From Octopus sinensis (taxonomy: Eukaryota), in assembly GCF_006345805.1 (NCBI RefSeq), contig NC_042999.1, positions 29,326,001 to 29,390,000 on the forward strand: a DNA stretch of 64,000 nt. The letters are read 5' to 3'. The notes below the pieces were generated by a model, which had not been told where the DNA came from, searched no databases, and saw only the letters and a program-made list of their open reading frames with translations. Every line of letters begins with the position of its first letter. The stretch's first letter is position 1. Shown here one piece after another: positions 27,880 to 38,750 of this stretch. The translations under genes and the position numbers were made by a program.

Positions 27880-29556
27880 TACATGTAAGTTCTCTCTAGA
27901 CATCCTAGTGTTTGAGGCTATACTCATGAAGTAATGTAGATAATTAAACAGATTTCTAAATTCATTAAGTTCTTTAAAGATGATGTACAGTCTTATCACA
28001 GAATTTTAAAAATTCTAAAGCATAGTAAACATAGAAACTTATTGAATAACCATATCGAGCTAGGTCAAGTTTGTGTCCACGCTAAATTGAAGACTTTAAA
28101 ATATTTTAAATGATTGGAATATTCATAACTAGATAGATAGATATAACTTGATTTCTACTAGTATAGCACTGCTTTAAGTAGATAACTAAGAGTTCTCACA
28201 TTACAGTTATCTTTATCTTTTTCCTTATATCTACATCAGTTTTTTGAGAACAGGGAAATGAATAGTACTTATTCGCTACTTAATTGAGGCTTTATTTAAT
28301 TTCAAACTCACAATTTTTAAATTCTTAATTTTAAATCTTAATTGTAATATTTAATTTTAATTCCTAACTTAATCTAATTTAAATAGCATAGCTCTAATAA
28401 ATTATAATTAGTTACTGTAGCCCCATAATTCTATTTCATAATTAAATAATAAGGCTATTCCCTCGGTGATAATATGATTATCTTCATTATGATAGACAAT
28501 CCCCTAACACCTTGTAAATGATCTTATAGGATTTGACCTGTAGTCAGTCAATGTATGAATAATAACGACAACTCCTTAGACAATAAAATGAATAAATTAA
28601 ATAAGTAATTTTTAATGACTTTTTGATAAGATTATACTTAGATTTTCCTAATGTATTTTCTGGTCATTTTAGCATCTGACCCCCTTAACCCCTGACTGTG
28701 TTATCTCTTTAGATTCTCTTTGAACTCATAGCTGATTTCAACAGCAATAAATTAACGGTTTACTGGTCAAAGAATAATATTCCCCTCTAGTTCCTAGATG
28801 CCTGTTGATTAAAACCAGACTTACAGTCTACTAGCTCTTCTGTATAACTAGAACCCTCTTTTTTTCTTTTTTTTTTTTCCCTTCTTTCCCTATTTCTTTC
28901 TCTTTTCTCTTTCTTCTTTTCTTCTTCTTATTCTCTGTTTCCTTTTCTTCTCTTTTAGTCCCCCTTTCCCCCCCCCCCTTTTTGCTCCCTCCTCCATTAT
29001 TTTCTCTCTTTTCTTCTATTCCCTTCTCTATTCTTGGCCGCTCTAGAAAGCCCTCAGCCTTTAAGAGTTAAATAGCTACAGCCTCTTGTGAATAGCAGTA
29101 ATGTGATTAATATGGCAAACACCTAATCATATAACAAGGATTGATCCTACCTCATTGTGTTCAACCATTGTAAAATTTATCGCCTGTGAATATGAAATTC
29201 ATCTCCATTTCTCTGGAAATTTACATCTACACCATTGGAATCTGTGCATATATACAAAGGATTAATTCACCCTCTCTGTAATGCTAATAAGCAGGAATTG
29301 AGACCCACCTCGTTGTAATTAACAATGGATAAATTTGTCTTCTGTGAGTATATAATCCCTCATCATATCTATGGAAATTCATATGGATTAGGTCACCTTC
29401 TCTGTGATGCTATCAAAACTTTTTTAAAATTCTGTGATAAGAAGAATGTACATCATCTTTAAAGAACTTTAATGAACTTTAGAAATCTGTTTAATTATCT
29501 ACATTACTTCATGAGTATAGCCTCAAACACTAGGATGTCTAGAGAACTTACATGTA

Positions 29557-29646
29557 TTTTAGCTGATGAGTACGGACTCGTTTATATGCTGTAATCTTTG
29601 CAACTTTTAAAAAAACCTGTCCTTGTATGAAACGATCGTACTAAAA
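29557..29646 (+). ncRNA. Type I hammerhead ribozyme (right arm)
   Basis: TTTTAG (29557-62) pairs with CTAAAA (29641-46). Core CTGATGA is at 29563-69. Stem II pairs GTAC/GTAT and GGAC/GTCC. GAAAC is at 29629-33, then GATC, then GTA at 29638-40. Confidence 0.85.
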
Positions 29647-29789
29647 ACCTATCCATTCTTGTTGCTTCTTTCTCGCTTATAATCACCCCACATTACTGTA
29701 TTGTTAAATCAGTATGGTTTTTTTTGGTGCATCTAAGTTAGGTACCATATTCAAGTAAATTTTTTAAAATTACTTGAATCTTTATTGCT

Positions 29790-29826
<37 letters not shown>

Positions 29827-29905
29827 TATATAATATATAAATATATATATATGTGTGTGTGGTATATATATATATGTATATGTATATTGATATATAAACA
29901 CATAT

Positions 29906-29973
<68 letters not shown>

Positions 29974-29985
29974 CATATATATACA
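29790..29985. repeat. (TA)n microsatellite
   Basis: Seen directly. Confidence 0.95.
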
Positions 29986-29989
29986 TATC

Positions 29990-30640
29990 ATAACTGGAAG
30001 AGTTACCCGGATGACAGTTTCATTCTTTGGCATGAAGATATAGTGAAACTTAAAGAATTACAAGCACTTTTAAATGGAATTGACGTAAACATTCAATTCA
30101 CGATGAAATATAGCCAGCAACGACTTCCCTTCCTCAAGATCCTTATTAAGAAATCTAACAACGTAATAGAAATAGATATATACTATAAGCCTACGGATTC
30201 CAAATAATATTTACCGTTCAACTTATGCCAAACGAGACACACCACAATGAATAACCCCTTCACCCTATCAAAAAGGATATGTACTATTGTTTCTAATGCA
30301 ATCACCACAGCCACATGACTACATGAACTAAAGGGGATACACTCATCACCAGGAACCACCCACCTTCACTACTTGACATATGCTTTCAACGTGTCCTTCC
30401 ACTCAGTATCCAGGAACTCAGACGTCCCAAATTAAAGAAAGATTTACAACCAAAAGCCCTACCATACACAACCCTCTCAACAATGAAGCCTTCGACATCA
30501 TCCTCCAAAACATAACCCTGCTAAAAAAAGGACCACAGAATGAACTTAATCGTCCAAACACACACCATCATAAAAAGCATGAGACAGCCCAAATATATGA
30601 AAAGTCTCCTAACACAAGCCCGAAAACGCTCAACAACACA
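29990..30640 (+). pseudogene. PLE reverse transcriptase C-terminal remnant
   Basis: [12 protein letters not shown] (YxDD), IQFTMKY...[21 protein letters not shown] and PFTLSKRICTIVSN, which are typical PLE RT palm/thumb motifs. Stops are present. Confidence 0.85.
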
Positions 30641-31894
30641 GAAGTAACTTATTACTCGGATATGAGCGGGTTGCCAAACGCATAAAGACGTCTTGTTTTT
30701 CTAGTGCAATGTCAATGTCATTTTTAAACGACTTGACAAACCTAATGAATGCATAGGTGTACATTATCATTTATTCCCTTTGTGTAATCACAAAAGTGGT
30801 TGATAATATATTTTGTAGCACAATGTGTAGCCATGTGCATCTCTCCCGTTTGCTCACCCAATCGTTAATTTTCAATGATCCCATATACAAAGAACTATTA
30901 AGTTATATGTGCCTTGTAAATTTCATATCAATATTTTGATAAATTTTTATTGCCTTCTCGTTGACCAGTGAGATCTATCAATATACATATTTGATACAGT
31001 GCACAGTTTTCTTCGAAAAGTTATCTTCTTTAAACATATCAGTTGTTAAACTTTCCAGGGATGTCATTCTATGATACTAATTGCCACATCTCGATGATTT
31101 ATTATTAGGAATCAGTGAACAAAATGGTGAGAGTTTATGATATCCGTAGTCCCAGATATTCTTAATATTATGAGATATATTGAATTAAGAATAATATATG
31201 AACATAAATAATTCATTACAATTGTTAGGTGGTAATAAATAAACTGCCGTAGGAACGAAATTTTAACTGATTCGCAAAATGTTGCGCTGAAAGTAAAAGA
31301 GTTGACCCAGATGCAACGCTTATAATCGTGCACCAAAATAGGCAAAACCTGGTCGAAGAACTCGACAGAGATTTTATATTAAATTCCCCTATGACATACC
31401 TTACTGAAGTGATATATTCCATTGTTTAATCATCTATATATCACAAAAACGTTGACGTCTTATGCATCCAATGACTTTATCATGGAATGATTTGATCAGG
31501 CTGAAGCAGCAATAAAATCTAGAAATTCCGTGAATACATATTCAGAAATTGAAGGAAGTAAAATGAAGCTCTCGAAGCTTTCACTATTCATGTGTCATTG
31601 AGTTAAATTTATGCAAATATTTTGTTTAAATATCTTCTTACAGATCTATGTAACGTTAAAATATGGAATGATGCAGTAATCCGTTTACTTTTACAGTCTC
31701 CATTCCTAAAAAAATGTTATATCTCACTCTCTTTTTGAATTATTTTTGAGAGTACAATATCCCTGCGTCCACCGTTGTTTGAAGTCGATTCCTCACAACT
31801 TCTGTTAGTTTAAGTTATTCTGTACTCTAACGTTATCAATCCGTCATGTATCGGAATATACTTTTTTACAAGTGTAATTAAATTTACATGAACA

Positions 31895-32280
31895 TAGGCG
31901 CAGGAGTAGCTGTGTGGGAAGCAGCTTGCTAACCAACCACATGGTTCCGGGTTCAGTCCCACTGCGTGGCATCTTGGGCAAGTGTCTTCTGCTATAGCTT
32001 CGGGCCGACCAAAGCCTTGTGAGTGGATTTGGTAGACGGAAACTGAAAGAAGCCTGTCGTATATATATGTATGTGTGTATATTTTTGTGTGTCTGTGTTT
32101 TTCCCTCTAGCATTGCTGGTGTGTTTACGTCCCCGTCACTTAGCGGTTCGGCAAAAGAGACCGATATAATAAGTACTGGGCTTACAAAGAATAAGTCCCA
32201 GGGTCGATTTGCTCGACTAAAGGCGGTGCTCCAGCATGATCGCAGTCATATGACTGAGACAATTAAAAGAGTAAAGAGTA
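31895..32280 (+). mobile_element. tRNA-derived SINE, family B (internal TA/TG tract, AAGAGTA-repeat tail)
   Basis: A-box-like TAGCTGTGTGG, B-box-like GGTTCAGTCCC and CTTGGGCAAGTG core. Highly similar to 38341-38750. Confidence 0.9.
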
Positions 32281-33039
32281 ATAGATTCTAACGTCCTTTA
32301 AAACTATGGTAATTTCATATTGTACATATATACAAGCCATTTTAAAAGGCATGCAAGACCCTTATTAGAAACGTTACAAAAGCAGAATAAAGTTATTTTG
32401 TGTGGGATTGCGTGAAATATACTATTTAGATGATATCTGCTAAAATATCCAAGAGAATAGAACTTAAATAAAATCGACATATACTTAACAACATAATAAA
32501 CTCCTTCAAATAGTACATTGAATGGTCAGACAAAATTCCTATTTAACTTTGATAAAATGACTAACATTAAATAGAATCTAGTCGATAAATAAGTGGGAAA
32601 ACGAAAACATTTGTTTTGATGAACACATTAGCTGTGAGAAATGCTTCTTTCTGTTATTGAAGAACGAAAAAGAGAAAACAACCAAACGGAATTAACACGC
32701 CTGAAACCAATCAGAGGAAAAGTACATGATGGTACATCTTTGTCTTGATGTTAATGTTTTTTACTACATAACTCCTGGAAGATATTGGACCAAAGAACTA
32801 GTAATTATAATTTCAATCTGAGACATTAGTTTCTGTTAACGTAATCACAACCATTGAAGAAATGAGAATTTGCATTCAATAAGATTCCGTGAATATTCAC
32901 TCACGTGACATTGATCAACTAATACGAATGGTCGTGAGTGTTAAAACACATTCGTTATTGTTGTTCGCAATGATGTTTATGCTGATATTGATTATCGTTA
33001 TAATGTTTGTGATATTGATAATGTGGATTGTGGTGAATT

Positions 33040-33910
33040 TTTGAATTTTTTGGTGTTGATGGCGATGATGCTAACAATGATGATGTTGGTGTTGCTGATG
33101 ATAAAATTGGTAATGTTACTTGTAGTGATGAAAATGACTCTGAGGACGATGATGTTACATTTCAAAAATAAAGACTGAAGATTTAGAGAATATAATGATG
33201 ATTATGTTGTCCTGACGATGATGATGCTGCAGACTATGCTGGACATGATGAAGGCGGTTATGATCTTCATTGTATTATTATTAATGATGCCGGTAATAGA
33301 AATAACAGTTGATGAAGACGATAATGACAATGATGCTGATGATGAAGATTACGATTGCCATAATATTTGTTGTGTTCGTGACAATTACAATGATGTTCAT
33401 GATAACGATGATGTCTATAATGAAAATGCTGTTGGTAACGATAACGTTATTGGTAATGCTACTTTTGTTGGTGATTATGAGGTCATTTATGGTTCTTACA
33501 CTTACATAGTCATCAGCATCAGGGGCAGCAGCAGCAGCAGCAGTAGAAGAAACATCAACATCTTCGGCCACAGGACCATTAATTTTATAATCATCTCAAC
33601 AACATTGTCATCGTCATCGCCGGCGTCGTCGACATCATCATCATCATCATCATCATCATCATTATAATCATCATAATCATCATAATCAGCATCATCATCA
33701 TCATCATCATCATTAACATCATCATCATCATCATCACCATCGTCATCACCAACATCATCATCATCATCATCATTATCATCATCATCATCGTCATTATCAT
33801 CTTTATCATCATCATCATCGTCATCATAAACATTGGCATCATGTTCCTTACATCTTTATTCTTAATAATCAGACTCATATCACCAGCAGAACAATCACCA
33901 TGATCATCAT
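33040..33910. repeat. Degenerate (GAT)n block followed by an (ATC)n block
   Basis: Seen directly. The orientation switches near 33490-33510. It explains the poly-M/D/S ORFs. Confidence 0.9.
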
Positions 33911-36900
33911 TGTCCACAATATCATCAGTAACAGTAGTGTCAGGCGTAGAACGAATTTATCAGTAGCCCATCCACAGTCACTATCAAGACTAAAATAACT
34001 ACTTTCACAACCACATTTAGATACAAATTCATACTCCTAAATGATCAATATTGTTTTAATCATCTAATTGCATCTTCGCCATATCCATCGTCAACAACAG
34101 AATGAAAATTAGGATAGTGTATTTCAGTCTATATTTACTTCTTTAACTCTGTGATTACAGGTTACAGGTACGAACTGCTGCATTGATTTCTCGTGCCCTG
34201 TGATCATGTCTTCAGCAAGTAATCGACAATAGATGAGTTATATTGTAAACTTTTATAATGTAAATTATTGATATCTATTCTAACGGCAGGGCCGGGAGAT
34301 TTACCTTTCAGTCGAGAAATGATTATTTTTAATAGGGAAATTTTGGTTATTTATATCAAGTTACTAAATTATTGGAAGTAAATTATTGAACGGTTAGGAC
34401 TTTTGCGCCGGAAACGTAATTTTGCAGGACAGCGGACAAGTGACTTCTCTTGTCTCGCTCAACAAAACTTGAGAGAGTAATAGTAATTTGTCCGAAAAAA
34501 AAATGGAGATCTTGGATTAATCCGATCCAATCTTTATCTAATTGTACACGATATCTCGCTTTGCCAATATCTATATTGATGTAAACTTCTTTGGCCTGGA
34601 GATGAGTATTTACATTAATTTAAAGCTCCACAATGGCATTGATATTTAGCTCTGCTTTCCTACTCTTTGTCAACAAATTTACTTTAAAGTTTAAAATTAT
34701 TCCTGTAAAAATATATATATACAAATACAAGATACAGTAATATCTCTTGCAATTATGCTGTATTATACATACATGTGTATCAACTTAGGCATATCTACAT
34801 TTAAATTAATAATTATTTGTAGTTATATTGAATATGACTATTCCTTTACGTGGTTTAATTTTCAGTACGCTCCAGTATATATGTTTGATTGAAAAATTAG
34901 TGGAAGGACATTTTTAATATGAATAAATCATATGAACTTTGTCAAAGACGAAGAGACAGGCCGCTGGAGCATGGAGATATAGAGGGAAAATATACGTTTG
35001 GAATCTCTGTCATAGCAAGGAAAAGACTTCATCTCACATCCCGCTTGGACTGCATTAGAGTATGGGAAAAAGTAGCATTCACATTTCTTTTCAATGCCTA
35101 AAACGACAGACAGACATTTTGCAAGTAGTAATCCTGATTATGAACATAAATTCTTTTATCAGTAGCCTGGAATGCGGTATCTGGAAAACTATGAATGTAG
35201 TCAAGACAGCATTGGAGGAAAATGTTTTTAACTGTGACCTTTTATCGCAGCGGTTTAATATATAATTAATGATTTTTTTTAACATACCATTTTTTAAATA
35301 ATATTATATAAATTTAGATATTTTATTTTCTTTCTCTTCATAATTCAGTTGTCATTAATTCACAGTGCTCAGTGTTAAATCGTGCAAATTCTTTTACACT
35401 TAATTATTTTGACCTTTTTGCTACGACAATGACATAGAAACAGAAAGAATATTTGTTCCCGCTATAAGTAAGATGGTATTTCCGTTTTCACGATTTCGTT
35501 TACTTGGCTTCTTATAACGCTTTTTGAGTGAAATTACGAACGTATTCATAAGGTTCATGGTTGTTTCTATCCACCTTAAACACTTTTTATGACATTTCAT
35601 ATCTTTGATAAAGAAGGTTATCCAATATACTAGTGATTTCTTAGATAATCAATTTAAAATATGATTACAATATGTACTGTACTACTCTGTACTAACGGCA
35701 GTGTCAAATATAATATCAATGTAGTTTCATTGAATGGTTGTATCGGCATTCATGTGAAACTTGAAATACGTGCCAAAACTGTGTGTGACTGTTCGTGCAA
35801 AGAAGCAGAAAGAGCTCACAGGCATGGAATATACTTCTCAAACATGTGATCTACGTTTCGATTCCATTCTCACGCACCAAGGAAGAATTTGATTTTCCTT
35901 TTGCCAGGATCTACACCTGATTTACGAGTGACCTTGAGCACATTAAAACCTATTGAACATCTCAGATGAATTGTAAGGCTAATTCAAAGTTTCTGCTTTG
36001 CATCAGATTGTGCCCGATAATTTTGCATGAGAACTATGTTAAGGGTGACTCATGCACATTTACATACACCCTAATTCAATAAACAGCTGACAGGTGACAG
36101 CTGATGGAACATGATAAAGAGCGTATGCCATACGTCTTCAAAACGAAGAATTAAGTAAAACAAGTGTTTCTGGGTAGGTTTATATATGAATATAACTGTT
36201 GTGAAAACTAGAAAAGCGATTTGTGGAACGTACAAAAACAAATATGAAAATATAAGGACCCCCACAAAGTAAGTAATGTACATAGACAACTACAGCAAAG
36301 CACGCGCGCACATTACATTCGTTATTAGTTTCTGGTTTCAATAATTTGAATGTGTTTATTGTTCTGGGTATACATTTAGGTTTTAGCACACATATTGAGC
36401 CAGGCATCATCTTTTAGAAATGATGTACTGACTTCAAAGGAGCATTTTGCTGAACAATCTAATACATAAGGCATGAGATAACACATAACATCAGGCGAAA
36501 ATAACCTTTATATGTGCCTATACATACACACAAGCAAAGGCAAAAACACGCTTACAAACACGCAAGCATTCACATACAGAATTACAATAGTATTGCGTGA
36601 TTATGCAAGGCTCATATCTAACCGATTTGGCCCACTCTATGGTTCTACTCAAAGTTAGAGCTAAAGCACACTAATTCAGCAATCAAGCAGTCAGAAACAA
36701 ATATATTTTCCTTAAATCATACTCTACATCCACAGGTTATGCTATGATACCATCATACATGCTACATATTAAATTTAGTAATTTTGATTCATGTTTCCTA
36801 ATGCATCAAAATGTATGCCCATTACTCGTTTTTAACCTATTCAACGCTTAAATATATATATTTTCTATGACCTCAATCAAATCTGTAACCGTTTCGAAAG

Positions 36901-38340
36901 TAAAATACTAATTGCAATGTAGTACTTAAAGAAGGGAAGTCAAAATAACTCCGATGAGTTGGGTTCACCTTGACAAAATAAAAAACATTTTTGTTTATGT
37001 TGACAATGGAAGGATATACAAATGGTTGTTGAAAAGTTTCTGGCTTTAAAGGAAAGAAAATACAAGAAGATCAGTTAATTATGATTGAATTAAATAAATT
37101 CCTCTCTCAGGTTCACACAAGTATTGTGCAACTGGCCTTCGCGTTTTCTGAGCGCTGTAAAAGAACTTTGCATGTTGCGCCTTGAACCCGGTCTTTCGCT
37201 ATAAACTTAAAGCCAAGGAAGTTGCAGCACTCTCCCGTATTATGAAATGAAAGTACTGAAGCTTTCCGTAAGGTCTTGGATAGAAGCTCACATTTGGCCA
37301 GTGACAGGCTGTCGACAAGCAAAAAATGAAAGGGAAACTGTTGAAGAGAAAGAGGAAGAAAATCCATTACAGAAACGTCTCTCGATATATCTTCTAGGGA
37401 GGACTCAAATGTTTGAGAACAAGTCTGGGAGAAGCAGGAAGAAATTGTAACAAATCGACTTCACCAGAAAATGTTCCCTGGTTTATGAATCGCCCAATAT
37501 CTCTAGATCCAATTTTAAGATTTAATCAGTACCTATCCATTGAAAGATATGATGATCATAATTGAAACGACTTTCAACGTAGATTTTTTTGATTAGGTGT
37601 TAGCTGTGTCTAAATATCTAAATTTATAAGTTACGGACCAACAATTTTTCACTCAGTGTTTCAGAAAATCTTATGTCGCATGTACTTGTATTCGTGCCTA
37701 GAAATTTAACGTTAAATACAATATGTTCAACTTTCAGGAGTGTGCCTTCGTATAAATTAAGGAAATAATTATTATTTAACATTTCTGAAATTAACTTTTC
37801 TCAATTTAGATTTTTCCCCGACTGAAATCACTTAATAAATTTAGATCGGGATAATTGGTAGTATTACGAAAACAAAATAAAATTAAACAATACGGTGAGA
37901 ACCACATTGCAATTTATAGCCTCTTTAACAGGTTAATTTTAAGTCGGTGTAAATTTTAACATTTGTTTTCAAAATTACAAATATGAATCATATTCATAAA
38001 ATTAGTATTTTTCCTCATTAACTAAGGAAAACATTCCTTTGACAATAATGATTTATGTCTCAAATTTTAATTTTATCCTTCGAAGTAACCACAAGTAATT
38101 TATCACAAAGTTGATAGGAAAGTAGAATTTCGCTGTAATTTCATCGCAGTAAATTTGTCATGAGCAATTACATCGCTATTTGTACAATTCTTTGGAAATT
38201 ATAAAACGAAAATAATACTTAAATTATTCAATCCTGTTATCGTTCCAGTAAGGAGACTTTTTCCTGTTGTCGTAGAAATATCTAGGAAATCTCCTTGTTT
38301 TTGCAGTTCGGATGTTATTAAATATTATACAAATGTATAA

Positions 38341-38750
38341 TAGGCGCAGGAGTGGCTGTGTGGTAAGTAGCTTGCTAACAAACCACATGGTTCCGGTTCA
38401 GTCCCACTGCATGGCATCTTGGGCAAGTGTCTTCTGCTATAACCCCGGGCCGACCAATGCCTTGTGAGTGGATTTGGTAGACGGAAACTGAAAGAAGCCC
38501 ATCGTATATATGTGTATATATATATGTGTGTATGTGTGTGTGTGTTTGTGTGTTTGTCCCCCTAGCATTGCTTGACAACCGATGTTGGTGTGTTTACGTC
38601 CCCGTCACTTAGCGGTTCGGCAAAAGAGACCGATAGAATAAGTCCTGGGCTTACAAAGAATAAGTCCCGGGGTCGATTTGCTCGACTAAAGGCGGTGCTC
38701 CAGCATGGCCGCAGTCAAATGACTGAAACAAGTAAAAGAGTAAAAGAGTA
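38341..38750 (+). mobile_element. tRNA-derived SINE, family B
   Basis: Full-length copy from TAGGCGCAGGAGTGGCTGTGTGG to AAGTAAAAGAGTAAAAGAGTA. Confidence 0.9.

Larger units (their letters stand above)
27757..29681. mobile_element. PLE-related cassette with ~260 bp inverted terminal arms, each carrying a hammerhead ribozyme
   Basis: 27757-28012 is the reverse complement of ~29421-29681 with few differences. The left end merges into (TA)n. The interior is AT-rich, has a polypyrimidine tract at 28855-29035 and no long ORF. Confidence 0.85.

Noticed and set aside
34932-35231. 100-codon frame interrupted only by four TAG codons, suggesting recoding or readthrough
   Set aside because: An overlapping frame reads LEHGDIEGK..LDCIRVW, more like an RTE 3' remnant. 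An all-TAG pattern can arise by chance across many frames.
37100-37500. KVLKLSVRSWIEAH, reminiscent of a Tc1/mariner transposase
   Set aside because: No DD(E/D) motifs, WPPxSPDL or TIRs found.
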